63,581 bases of DNA from Rhynchobatus australiae (Eukaryota). Position 1 is the stretch's first letter. Each line of letters begins with the position of its first letter. This document shows, one piece after another, positions 1-12,050 of the stretch. The translations under genes and the position numbers were made by a program. The notes under the pieces were generated by a model, which saw nothing but the letters and a program-made list of their open reading frames with translations, searched no databases and had not been told where the DNA came from. The stretch lies in contig JAUZTB010000066.1 in the NCBI GenBank assembly GCA_034780895.1, positions 25,105,036 through 25,168,616 of the forward strand, read 5' to 3'.

Positions 1-239
1 AGATTTATTTTCAATCCCCTTGGGCTATGAATTCGAATGCCCAGCAAGAGCAGCCTTTTTAAATCTAATCATTTTATACTTTGTTTTAAATATATCTTGA
101 TATCTTTAAGGTACCTTTGTAAAGTTTGACAACTAAATTTAAAAATTGGGTCCAATTACAAAAAGAAGCACTGTAAGTGTCAACCCATCCAATTGTCTGA
201 AAAGGAAGAAAGACAAGAGGTTTGGTGTGAAAGTTCCTG

Positions 240-3200
240 AAAGGATTGATAATGGCTCGAACAAGATACAAAGTCACATTTTAGTCAGTAGTTTGAAAAT
301 CTCTAACGTCTACATCACCAACGACTTGTCCTAGTCCAGCCATGTAGAAGCCATGGCCAAGAAAGCACACCAGCGCCTCTATTTTCTCAGAAGGCTAAGG
401 AAATCCAGCATGTCCCAATGACCCTCATCAATTTTTCAGATACACCATAGAAAGCATTCTATCCAGATGCATCACAACCTGGTATAGCAATTGCACTGTC
501 CAAAATCACAAGAAATTGCAAAGACTTGTGAAAGCCCGATCGATCACAAAAACCAGCCTCCCCTCCATCGACTCTGCCTACACTTCCCGCTGCCTCAGGA
601 AAGCGGCCAACATAATGAAGGACCCTTCCCCCCCAGCCATTCTCTCTTCTCCCTCCTTCCATCAGGCAGAAGATACAAAATTTTGAGAGAACATACCACC
701 AGGCTCAAGGACAGCTTCTACTCTGCTGGTACAAGACTCTTGAATGGGCCTGTTATATGATAAAGATGAACTCTTGATCTTTCAGTCTGCCTCATCGTGG
801 CCCTTGCACCTTATTTCTCTGCTTGCACTGCACTCTCTCTGTAACTGTAACACTATATTCTGCATTCTGTTATTGTTTTCTTTTTGTACTACCTCAATGT
901 ACTTGTATCTGGAATGATCTGTCTGGGTGGCAAGCAAACGGAGCTTTTCATTGTATCTCAGTACATGTGACAATAATAAACTAATGACCAATTATCCATT
1001 ACTAATTCTTGCTCCCAAAAGATCCAGCATAATTTTTGGAGCTGCCTCTTGAGGGGGGCCACAAACAAATGCAATTGGTGGAGACTCCAGCACAAACAAG
1101 TACATTTATATGTAGCATCCTGTCCTTGACGCACTACTCCCTGGCAAATAAGTCACGACAGCATTAATACACTTTGCTAAACTAGTGATGTGTTCCACTG
1201 ATTTATCACAGTTCAGCCAACACCTCCCTTCAAATTTAGTTCCTGACGCTCATTTTATTCCCCAACCCCCCCAAATGCCATGGAATCCCTTTGGGATCAA
1301 ATTTCCCGTTGGCACTAAGCTTACAGATCCATTAATGTTGGTTGGGATGTAACTATCACCAGCAGGTCAATTTCCTGTCCTAGAAACTTTTATTTAAATC
1401 TAGAAAGGATGGTGAAGAATTATTACCTGGTCAGTTTTTAGTATTTAATTTCAAAACTAAAGATAAAATCTGAGCAAGTTTTCTTTTCCATTTCGTTAAT
1501 AAAATGCTCCAGATGGGGAGAGCACTTTTTTCCAATGGGTGTGAGGGGGAATCCAGTTGTCCTATTTCTCTACAATGAATAAATTTACCATTATATAGCC
1601 CGAATTGCTTTGTAAAATGGAGCAGTGTCAGACAGGTCAGAGATAATTAATTCAGGGACCCCAAACGCTGAAACCCAAAAGTGGTAAAGGGTACAATTTC
1701 CAAAGACTGGACCCCAGTCGGCGATGGTGAAGCAAAAGAAGATACCAGGCTTGGAAAGCCGTGGAATTCTCAAATTGCAGAGCTGGGAGATAAACTGGGG
1801 AGGCCAAGTCCAATGTAAAAATTACAATTTGGAAGTCAATGCAAGGACAGGCGGCCAATGTGAATCTATTGCTCTTAACTGAACATGGAGACTCACTGCA
1901 CCAGGAGAAGGAGCTTTTATTAAGCCAGTGCCAAGTGTTCATTCTTACTGCTCCAATATTCCCCATGAAATTGGGTATATTCAGAGCACTTTTGACTTGC
2001 TTTACTTTCCAGTGTTTAGGTAAGTGAAAACGTAATACGTTTACTTGCTTTTCCCCGTCACCTTCCCCAATCGCTTCCCACCTCTAAGACTTCCCTCTCC
2101 CTCTGAATGTCGTATAAAGTGTTCTCCGTATCATAGTGACTTGCTTTTAAAACGTGCCAGGCACCTCACCCTCAATCGCTTATAATTGCTCCTGACGCTG
2201 CTCCTCATGCCCACACTTGCATAGTTCCGCCACGGGAGGACACCCTCGAGCCTTCGGATCTCTGACGAGGAAACAACATCAAAGCTCCCAAGGAAACATT
2301 GTCCTGATTGTTAATGCTATTCGATATTAAACAGAAAATATTAACAATTTAAATTCATTAGTCGTTTGCATGTTACATTTACATCACATGTTACATTTCT
2401 TATACAACGTTGAAATTAAACATTATATTAAATTGCAAGTTTCAAAACTGTAAGTAGTTTTTGAAAATATTCGAGCTGACTGACTTACATGTTTGCAACA
2501 GGCCTAAATAAACCTTGGGAAACGAATCATGGTATTACTTCGTTGAAAATTTATTTCTTCGTTAAAAGAAGCGGATCAATTGCTTTATTGGTGATCTCCG
2601 CCGAGGAAGGAGCCGTGCATTGATGAAAGGATCTACCCTCCAACTGCGGAAGTTAAATAAAATCTCAAAATGCAATCCCTTAAAACGTACCTGCATAGAA
2701 GCGAAGACGGCACGCCAGCTCGGTATGAGGTCTGTGATGCGATTCACAGACCACCCCCCATGTGTAACCAATGCATCGCGTTTACTGAGGGAGGGAGCGA
2801 AATTGCTCTGGACGGACGCACGAACCGGGTGATAGCGAATGNNNNNNNNNNNNNNNNNNNNGCCAGCTTTCATTTACCATCGCGGCAGAACAGGAAACCA
2901 TTTCTCCCGTGGAATGGCTAATTAGGAATGTGACAAAAATATTTTCATAGAATTGCAACAAAGGGATTGGAAGTAGAGTTTGCGGACAATGCAAAGAGTT
3001 TTGTAATGAATTTTGTATCATTTTGCAACTTTAGTCTGATTTTTTTTAAATTTCAAATATAGATACATACACAAAAAGAATAAACGCAATGCAAAACGCT
3101 TTACATTCTTGGTGTCATTTGGTCAATNNNNNNNNNNTGTGTCAGCCTGTCGCTATCTCAGTCACACCCATTGCACAGAGATATTAAATGCCAATGCTCC

Positions 3201-3400
3201 CTTTGACCTGCCCCGCTGGATAGGGACGCGTGCATTACAACACCCACACCGCACACCGACGTTTTGAACACCTGGTGCTCCTCATGCACAAGCACGAATA
3301 TCCAAACTCTACGTCGGAAACTCGCATTGACGTGTTCACGTATGGATAAGGTTCCTGCCTCTTGCTTCACGCTCCAGTAACAGCCACTCCTTACGGACTG
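240..3400 (-). mobile_element. Highly degenerate retrovirus-like (class III/ERV-L-like architecture) pol fossil, interrupted by a Rex1 insertion
   Basis: Minus-strand peptides with stops and frameshifts occur in the expected order. Tether/RNase H-like VEFGYS..RCS..CAVWVL (~3230-3320); RNase H-like THGGWSVNRITDLIPSWRA (~2710-2770); integrase-like QLCNLRIPR..IADWGP..WVSAFGVPELIISD (~1640-1790); dUTPase-like LVPTGNLIPKGFHG (~1275-1320) and GSFGSKN (~1003-1025); KM(W/*) at ~272-280. Recognised by motif recall only. Confidence 0.5.
285..992 (+). mobile_element. Rex1/Babar-type non-LTR retrotransposon, 5'-truncated 3' end
   Basis: Encodes degenerate KKAHQRLYFLRRLRK..TIESILS..LLPSGRRYK..TTRLKDSFY, followed by a 3' UTR ending in gacaataataaac. 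Confidence 0.85.
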
Positions 3401-5050
3401 GAGGTGAGANNNNNNNNNNNNNNNNNNNNNNNNNNNNNNNNNNNNNNNNNNNNNNNNNNNNNNNNNNNNNNNNNNNNNNNNNNNNNNNNNNNNNNNNNNN
3501 NNNNNNNNNNNNNNNNNNNNNNNNNNNNNNNNNNNNNNNNNNNNNNNNNNNNNNNNNNNNNNNNNNNNNNNNNNNNNNNNNNNNNNNNNNNNNNNNNNNN
3601 NNNNNNNNNNNNNNNNNNNNNNNNGACAACCTTCATCAGTGACGAGACACTGAAACTCTGCCTGCATCTTCTTCTCCTGACCCGGGGTGCTGGGACCCGC
3701 GGCACCCACCTTGTTCCTGGACAAGCTTTCCCACGCCCAGTGGGAATCCGGCGTGGAATCCCGGCCTGCTCGCCCCGCTGGTCACCGGGGGAATCCAGAC
3801 CATGTTTTATGGGTACTCGAAAGCAAACAACGAGCTGCTGGAGGAATTCAGCGGGTCAGGCAGCATCTGTAGACGGAAAGGACAGTCGAGACCTTTCACA
3901 ATTTGATGTTCGTTTTCTTTCCCAACAAACATGTTGTTATTTTCATTAACCTGAGTTCCAAATTCTTTTGACTTCTGTACAGAATGAACTCAATTTAAGC
4001 TTTGGCACTGTGGGGAAAAAAAATCAAGTATTAGCTTCATTAGATTTTGCTAACATCTGTAACTCTGTTTTAAATATTGTGGATAATTTAATTGGTTTTG
4101 ACCCATGTTGAGACATTCCCAACTCCCTTAAAAAGCGGGGCTCTCGAATCAATATTCAATATATCATCTGCTGCAAACTCTAATTAAGCCAGACATTGGA
4201 CGGAGGACAATATCTAGCTGGCAGTGAGTTGCTAGACGGTAATTAAATCATGTGCCAGCGGGGAATCTGATTGAAGCCGGGGAATCCCAGAGGGCAGTCA
4301 GTGAGATGGTCTATCTTGCTGGCTCTTTTTAACCACCTATCACACTAAAATTACTTTGTCAGCTTCATTTGTTTGATGGTCCATAAGAAATTTCCTCTTT
4401 GAATCTTCATTCCCATGCCCTCACACTGCGTACATTCTCAGTACCCACGACAGGCAGAGTGGGGGAGCACGTGGTCTGAAGGGGGCCACTCGGCCCATTG
4501 AGTCTGTTCTACCATTCAGTTATATCATGGCTGCTCCATACCTCAGCTCCGCTCATCTCCCGAGGTTCTGCGCCCCTCAGTATCCTCGCCAAACAGGAAT
4601 CAGTTTGAATTTTGCAATTAAACTAGTCTCTGCTCTTAGTGGAGGGAGTTGCAGATTTCGCCCATCCTTACACTTTTGGAATCTGGGCAGCCACATTCAA
4701 TTTTAATTCTGCGGCCCTCGCACCCCCCTTCCAACCTCTATATTCCTTTTTGGGCTACCCCGCTGGAGAAAATAGTTTCCATCAAATTCTTTAATGATTA
4801 TAAATACTATCCTTTAATATTCCCTACTCAGCGAATTATAAGGCTGGTTTATGCAGTCTAACGTTTTAAGTTTGCCGCTTTTGGTACTGTGATCGGCTTG
4901 GTGATTCTGCGCCCCCTTGCTCCAAAATCAATGCATCCTTCCTGCGGCACGGCACCCGGCCATGAAGGCGATGCGCAAAGTGGAGTCAAGGCAGAGCTTT
5001 ATTTGACTGTGGCTTGACCTCTGCCCTCTTTGTGTTCTGGCCGCTTTGAG
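2030..5050. promoter_or_regulatory. CpG-rich domain overlying transposon fossils
   Basis: Visibly higher CpG density than the CpG-depleted background (e.g. 2690-2890, 3220-3400, 3680-3890, 4900-4980). Canonical NF-kB site GGGGAATCCC at 4279-4288. Confidence 0.35.
3820..3900 (-). mobile_element. Penelope-like element terminal repeat fragment
   Basis: tgctggaggaattcagcgggtcaggcagcatctg matches the terminus attached to the GIY-YIG ORF at 36940-37455. Confidence 0.7.
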
Positions 5051-5130
5051 TTAATTATCAACGTTCCATTAGACTTTTTAATTACTTGTTTGTACCTATG
5101 CTCCAACTCAGGGCCCTTAACCCCTTCTAT
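4445..5130 (-). mobile_element. Old CR1/HER1 LINE 3' fragment
   Basis: ggccactcggcccattgagtctgttctaccattc..atcatggctg is the reverse complement of the CR1/HER1 3' tail seen elsewhere in the window. Confidence 0.55.
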
Positions 5131-5384
5131 ATCAGCACCCTCAAACAATGACTCACGACCTCCTCAAGACCCAGCTGATGTTTGAGAATGAATTTTTCAG
5201 CCCTATTCCTGGCAACTTTCTAAACCTATCGGTTGTCTTTCAAGTTTTCAATGACGCCTTCCATTGACTACACTGGTACTGTGAGCAGTTATTAAGATAT
5301 TTTAGCTGCTTTAAGTACTTTATCCGTTGCAGATAATTCATTCAGGATTTAGTTAAACATGTGAGAACTCTATCTGAATGTAAA

Positions 5385-5565
5385 ATATAAGCATAAAGTG
5401 CTGGAGATACTCGGCAGGTCAGGACACATCTGTGGGTAGAGTTAATGTTTTAGGTCAAAGAAACGCCATCTCCACCTCTCTTCCCACAGATGTCACCTGA
5501 CCTGCTGAGTATTTCCAGTATTCTCTGTTTTTATGTTAGATTTCAAACATCTGCAGTTTTTTTTA
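5385..5565. mobile_element. Palindromic element made of two inverted Penelope-like termini (centre deleted)
   Basis: gctggagatactcggcaggtcagg..acatctgtggg is followed by its reverse complement cccacagatgt..cctgacctgctgagtatttccag. Confidence 0.7.
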
Positions 5566-6839
5566 TTTCCATCTGAAAGTAAACCTGCAAGGAGTGTGTC
5601 AGCAGGAACAGGATTACCAAACCTTGGACCATGAAAGCAAAACAAATTTTAGATATAAAAAAAAGCACTACGGTATCAGGACAAAGTTCCTGCCCACAGG
5701 TGCACACTCACTCACTGGCACACACACAGACACACTCTTCCCAAGGCCCACTCCCTCAACCCCTCCCCAATTCCCTCTCCCAATCCAACAATCCCATTCT
5801 CCCTGCCCTCCTTCCTCTTCTATCCTTCTTTTCCTCTTCAACTCCTTTCTTTGCNNNNNNNNNNNNNNNNNNNNNNNNNNNNNNNNNNNNNNNNNNNNNN
5901 NNNNNNNNNNNNNNNNNNNNNNNNNNNNNNNNNNNNNNNNNNNNNNNNNNNNNNNNNNNNNNNNNNNNNNNNNNNNNNNNNNNNNNNNNNNNNNNNNNNN
6001 NNNNNNNNNNNNNNNNNNNNNNNNNNNNNNNNNNNNNNNNNNNNNNNNNNNNNNNNNNNNNNNNNNNNNNNNNNNNNNNNNNNNNNNNNNNNNNNNNNNN
6101 NNNNNNNNNNNNNNNNNNNNNNNNNNNNNNNNNNNNNNNNNNNNNNNNNNNNNNNNNNNNNNNNNNNNNNNNNNNNNNNNNNNNNNNNNNNNNNNNNNNN
6201 NNNNNNNNNNNNNNNNNNNNNNNNNNNNNNNNNNNNNNNNNNNNNNNNNNNNNNNNNNNNNNNNNNNNNNNNNNNNNNNNNNNNNNNNNNNNNNNNNNNN
6301 NNNNNNNNNNNNNNNNNNNNNNNNNNNNNNNNNNNNNNNNNNNNNNNNNNNNNNNNNNNNNNNNNNNNNNNNNNNNNNNNNNNNNNNNNNNNNNNNNNNN
6401 NNNNNNNNNNNNNNNNNNNNNNNNNNNNNNNNNNNNNNNNNNNNNNNNNNNNNNNNNNNNNNNNNNNNNNNNNNNNNNNNNNNNNNNNNNNNNNNNNNNN
6501 NNNNNNNNNNNNNNNNNNNNNNNNNNNNNNNNNNNNNNNNNNNNNNNNNNNNNNNNNNNNNNNNNNNNNNNNNNNNNNNNNNNNNNNNNNNNNNNNNNNN
6601 NNNNNNNNNNNNNNNNNNNNNNNNNNNNNNNNNNNNNNNNNNNNNNNNNNNNNNNNNNNNNNNNNNNNNNNNNNNNNNNNNNNNNNNNNNNNNNNNNNNN
6701 NNNNNNNNNNNNNNNNNNNNNNNNNNNNNNNNNNNNNNNNNNNNNNNNNNNNNNNNNNNNNNNNNNNNNNNNNNNNNNNNNNNNNNNNNNNNNNNNNNNN
6801 NNNNNNNNNNNNNNNNNNGAGGTCAAGGTCACTTTCAAA

Positions 6840-6960
6840 TTAGAGTTATAGATTTACACAGCACGGAATCAAGCCCTTCAGCCCAACTCATTCATGCCGC
6901 CCAAGGTGCCTTTCTGAACTAGTCCCATTTGCCTGCATTCTGCCCAGATCCATCCAAACC
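6840..6960 (-). mobile_element. CR1/HER1 LINE 3' tail fragment
   Basis: cagcacggaatcaagcccttcagcccaac..gtcccatttgcctgcatt is the reverse complement of the HER1 tail. Confidence 0.7.
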
Positions 6961-6984
6961 TAAAATTTAACCTCCTAGCGTCAG

Positions 6985-7785
6985 GACCATGAGGTGACTG
7001 TCCTATATTCTAGGAGAACTCGACATTTCCTATAGCCCAGCTAACACTTCAGAACATCTGATGGGATCTCCAAGCATTCCTGGTTCCCCTGAGGTTCATA
7101 GACTGCAGTCAGGTGGCGTTTTGGGCATTCCTTCAGTACCTGGATCTCTTTGGAAGAGAGAAGCTTTCATTTGCTAAATGTTCAGATAATGGTCGACCAT
7201 CAAGGTACTTTCTCATGTCAATACAATCCTGGGAGCTCATGTGACTCCTTAACTCTGCAGGGGTTGCAACTGCCTAACATCTCTCAGTGGCCTCGCTATA
7301 CCGATGGATGGATTTGCAGGATAAGGGATATCCCTTCATTACAAGGCTTGTGTACGTGCCCCAGGCACTGTACTGAGCACTGCTATAATGAAAACTATGG
7401 CAGCTTAAGGACCATATTAAAGACTACTGCTTGCCTCCTCTGGAAGTGTCCTCCTCTACTAAACAAGAGTTTCAACTTCATCCAAGTCTGCTTCTCATTA
7501 CNNNNNNNNNNNNNNNNNNNNNNNNNNNNNNNNNNNNNNNNNNNNNNNNNNNNNNNNNNNNNNNNNNNNNNNNNNNNNNNNNNNNNNNNNNNNNNNNNNN
7601 NCTCATTACACATTCTCGCAAGCAGTGGAGCTGAGCCAAAGCCAGAGAGCATCCAGCAAGTGGAGTGGCAGCAGGGTCCACAGGAAGGCCAGGAGCAGGA
7701 GGAACAGGAGGAACAGGTGGACATAGGGGAGCCATCTTCACCCACATGGGGGATTGGAAAGCATGATCTGTTTGGCAACTTTTAA
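6985..7785 (+). mobile_element. PIF/Harbinger (HARBI1-like DDE) transposase pseudogene, catalytic half
   Basis: HEVTVLYSRR, IDCSQVA (7098-7118), RSFHLLNVQIMVDH, PGSSCDS, GWIC(R)DKGYP, EHCYNENYGSLRTI, SLHILA and an acidic tail correspond to the Harbinger motifs IDCTHV, KGFHSLNVQ, PGS.HD, GDKGYP, YN..H..TR and LHN. Confidence 0.8.
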
Positions 7786-7879
7786 AACCAGTCCAAGTGC
7801 TCAACACCATTTTGACTCTCTGATTTTGTAGCTATAAAATTTCTAGGGCAACCTAGTCATTAGACACCTAGTACTCAGT

Positions 7880-8680
7880 AACGTCATGGCTGATCCATTG
7901 GCTTGCTTCACCTTCCTGCCCAATTCCCATATCTTCTGATTCACATAGGATCCAATAATCCAGCAATCTCATTCTTAAAGTATATGTAGCTACTGAGCAT
8001 CCACAGCCCTCTAATGTAAACAATTGCAAAGCATTGCAGTGCTCTACATAAAGAAATGTCTCATTATCTCAGTCCTATATAGCTTATCCCTTTTCTTGAG
8101 GCTATTCCCCCTGGTTCTAGACTCTCCAGCTAAAGGAGGTAGTCCCTCTATATCTGCCTTCTCAGAATTTTGTAGGTCCCGTGAGGTCACTCTACATTTG
8201 GCTGTTCTTACTCAACCTCTATTCATCAATCAACCCCTCATTTCAGACATCAGCCTGGTGAATCTACACTGTACTAGTCCAAAACAAGTAAGCCCTTCTT
8301 TAGATTCAGACCAAAATTAAATATAACACTCCAAATGGTCTTACTAAAGCCATGAGCAAATTTAGCGAGACTTTCTTATTTTTATATTCCAACCCCCTTG
8401 CAATAAAGTCCCAGATTCTATCTGTCTTCTAAATTGCTCGTTCTTTCTGCATGCCCATTTTCTGTGCCTCATGAACTAGCAGACCAAGGTCGCTCTGCTC
8501 ACAACATTTCTCAATATTTAAAAAATAATCTGATTTTTGTTCTAACAACCAAAGTGAATAACCCGTCATTGCCCCTCATTATAACCCATCTACCACTTTC
8601 TCTACTCACTGTGTCCCCTTACAGACTTTTGCATCCTCCTCATTGTTCACTTACTCATCAGAAAACTTGGCTACATCATA
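7880..8680 (-). mobile_element. CR1/HER1 LINE 3' region
   Basis: atcatggctgatc.., ccctggttctagactctcc and cagcctggtgaatctacactgtact..tcc are typical reverse-strand CR1 ORF2 3' sequences. Confidence 0.7.
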
Positions 8681-10057
8681 GGGTTTGGAGAATGAGATGT
8701 GTAAGTCCACTCAGTAGTCTGGAGGTTCTGCACCTTGATCACCTGAAAGCAAATATAGCAGTAGTTAGGGTGGAGACAATCTAATTATCACTGGGTCTCC
8801 CTACTCATGCAGTTACCCTCTTGGTTTTCCAATTTGTCCCCCACCATCCAATCCAATATAAACAATGTGCTGGAAGTACTGGCAGAAATCATGCGTTGAT
8901 ATGGCAGTGAAGGTGAGAAGCTAACACAGTGCCATGCACAATACTCCCATCAACCCTCCCGCCATGTTGTGGGCCCATAACCCAGGGTTGCAGAATGGGC
9001 AATTCCAGCTATTGGAACAACATGAAGAAGAGTGGCTATTTGAAGATGGCAAACACAAATCCGTCTAACATAAAGTGAGATTTCTGCATACTGTTGAGAC
9101 AATGATCATAGCAGCACCTATCAATTCAGATTTTGAGCTTCAGGGATAGTTTTACCATAGGATCTAGCTTGGTGAGTAAGATTCACTTCCAAGGCAAGCA
9201 CAGTTAGGAAGAGTTCTCGGCTATGTCTTAAAAGGGAATTTCCTTGTAGTTGGCTGGTAATCTCCAGGAATAATTTCAGAATTGGCTTTATTTGAGATGA
9301 AGAACAGGGACCAAGGGAGAGTCCAACTAGTTTGAAGAAAAATGAGGAAGACCAGGGGTCACCAGGCAGCTGGATTATGCAGAGCACACAACATTCCAAC
9401 TGTCCTGGTCGACTGACATTGGTTTCCTAATAAACCACGTAAGGGCTATTAATCGAGGAGAAGCAGATGATTTTTCAACACTCCTTCTTCCCCTATCCAC
9501 AAGTTTAACTCCTTGGTAAAGAGTCATCAGGAAAGATATAGCTGCCATGAATGGGGAACTATCAGGTGCATGGAATTGGTTGTACAAACCACCTCACAAT
9601 AACTGGTCTGGTTATTCTTAGATTAACATTACTGACACCCCCTTAAGAAACATATAAATTACTGTGTAAATATGTTAATCTTTGTTTATCACTGCCTTCA
9701 GAAAAGTAAGTTGGGCCATGAGATTGTGAACTAACATTTACTAATATGCTTAAAATAATACCTTTGATACCATTTAGCATTAAACAGTAATAGCATGCAA
9801 GGAACTCAGTTTTAACAAGTAAATTAATTCCTCAAATGTGTCACGATCAATATCATTACACTGTACATTATAGATTAACTATATGCTTAACTTACAAGAA
9901 AGTCAGCACAGTTTCTTTAAGGGGACATCTTGCCCGACAAATCTGTTAGAATCCTTNNNNNNNNNNNNNNNNNNNNNNNNNNNNNNNNNNNNNNNNNNNN
10001 NNNNNNNNNNNNNNNNNNNNNNNNNNNNNNNNNNNNNNNNNNNNNNNNNNNNNNNNG

Positions 10058-10300
10058 GAGGGTGGAGATGGGAGACAAAGACAGGTGGATGATAGGGAAG
10101 CAGACAAAAAAAAAGGCAGATGGGGGTGGGGGAGTTGGGGAAGGGAGGTGAGGGTGAAGGTGGAGACGGCTAGGGAGGCTGATGTGGGAACACAAAGACT
10201 ATTCGTGCTGAAATCTGCAAAGTAAGAAAGATAATATTGGGAATCATCAGAGGAGAGGTGAAAGGCAGATGGAACCAGTTGGGGGAAGGGAGAAGATGTG
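10058..10300 (-). mobile_element. Penelope-like element 3' UTR fragment
   Basis: Purine-rich GGA tract with the same composition and phrases (gatggaaccag, gggagacaaag) as 37050-37350. Confidence 0.5.
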
Positions 10301-10530
10301 GCAGAGATGGAGAAATTGCTGCTGTGCCACCTTGAAGAATGGTGGTTGTGCCATGGTGGATAGATCAACTGTTCTCTCTCAGGATGCCATAATTTGACCA
10401 CCCACCCAGAACTGCAGAGCTGTCGTAACTGGATATCAGTGAATAAGCCCACTCTGATGCCACTCATGGTGAGAAAGTGTAGTCTGTGCCTGTGACCTCG
10501 GATTTGTTTGAGGTCATCCTCAAAGGCCAT
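10300..10530 (-). mobile_element. PIF/Harbinger transposase N-terminal half
   Basis: HRHRLHFLTMS..RVGLFT..RQLC..LQGGTAAIS resembles the Harbinger N-terminus (YR.R..FL.MS..RLR..LC..FQ..TGD..IS). Confidence 0.45.
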
Positions 10531-11325
10531 TGGCACCCTTCCACTGCCTCCTCTCCCAGGTCAACATTCCCAGCATTGAGGGCCTAGTTGTACTCACATG
10601 GCTCATGAGGGCAGGCCACATTATTCACATGTCTGAAAGCAGGAGCCCAAAACAAACACTTTATTTCAAGCTCTCTCATGGAAAGAGATTATCGGGCAGA
10701 TGAAAGAAAATATTCATCGCTGTGCTGAAAGCCTCTTTGAGAAAGTGCAACAACCCCACCAACTCCTGTAAGCTTCTGAAGAAGAGTGCCTCTAAAACAT
10801 ATGTTGCGTTATGGTTAAGTTGCTAGATCAACAGCCACTTCTCTAAAAAACTGATATTGGCAGTCTAAATTTAAAGAAAACACACATATCTGGAATTTAA
10901 AAGAACATTAGTAATGTAACTACTCGATTATTGTAGAAAAAAACAGGTTCACAAACGTCCTTCAGGGAAGGAAACCTAGATTCTTACTTAATATGTTCAA
11001 GTCTTTTATGCTTCAGGTGAAGGGCAATTAGTGTGGACAAATAAATGTTGGCATTGTTAGCAACATTCTAGGATACGTAACCATCAAGAGTGCTCCTATT
11101 TCCTCCCATGTCCAAAAAACAGAATGGGAGGTTAAATGGATACTTTAAATTACCCTTGGTGTGCATAAATGGCAAAAAGAATCAAAAGGGGAGTCAGTAG
11201 ACATCTGCCAGCTGTACTGCTGTTCCTAGGGTAGCACTTCATAGGAACATAATTAAAAGCTTACGAAAGGCAGAATCTCAGGGAGATTAGTTGACAAGTT
11301 GATATAATATAATATTGTTACTGTA

Positions 11326-11628
11326 TTATTGGCTTAAGTGTTGGTCTGAAATAAAATTGCATTGACTTTTAATTTTGCATTTTGACTGCATGGATACTTT
11401 GATGTTCAGCAACGGAGGGAAGGTAGGGTATGGAACTGTTGGTGACTGGGGATATGAACTGCCATTTACTGGTAAAAGAGTTAGGTTTTGTTCACGGACA
11501 GTCTTTTCAGGAATTTTATTTCCTTCCTTCTCCACTGATAACTTTCTTCCATTCTGGGATTGCTCACAGTTCAGCTGGTGGCAAAGGCTGTATCTCAATG
11601 ATGGTGAGGTTGTCTCGCTTACAGCAAA
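11326..11628 (-). CDS. Candidate exon of an unidentified minus-strand gene (100 codons plus stop)
   Basis: Open frame FAVSETTSPSLRYSLCHQ...SPTVPYPTFPPLLNIKVS...HLSQ* starts directly after tttatgtag, where an in-frame TAG doubles as the acceptor. Sequence looks non-repetitive. No homologue recognised. Confidence 0.25.
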   Translation of the reverse strand, partial: FAVSETTSPSLRYSLCHQLNCEQSQNGRKLSVEKEGNKIPEKTVREQNLTLLPVNGSSYPQSPTVPYPTFPPLLNIKVSMQSKCKIKSQCNFISDQHLSQ

Positions 11629-11904
11629 CTACATAAATCTTGAAATTCAAATAGTGAATAACTGCAGGCCTCTTCCAGAGCAGCTGAAGCAGTAGAAGCC
11701 TTGACTCAGCAATGCCAACAGTCTACTCAACCATATTTTATTGAGCCTTCATTGTATAAATGCTTGGGTGTATATTAGAATCATGAGCCATATCACCAGC
11801 GGATCACTTATCACTCAGGAGTCACCTTTGATTTATCATGGTGACCTCAAATCAGATGACAAAGTGGACGGAGAGGCATCAGGAATTGGACATATGGTCA
11901 CATA

Positions 11905-12050
11905 CTAATAAATGTTTCAAATCAGAGACCCTTCATCAGAATTGATGAGGAGTTGTGAATGTTGTGATGAATAATTTTCAGCCTTGTTTCTCTTTCCATA
12001 AATGCTGCATGACCTACCAAGCATTTGCTGCATTTTCCAGTTTATTCAAG
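11905..12050. mobile_element. Degenerate palindromic Penelope-terminus element
   Basis: gagacccttcatcagaattgatga centre with tttctctttccataaatgctgcatgacct..gcatttgctgcatttt. Confidence 0.55.

Noticed and set aside
5594-6922. Long ORFs in the track (also ~3158-3949, 24218-25003, 47456-47818, 56942-57410)
   Set aside because: They are open only because they run through N gaps.
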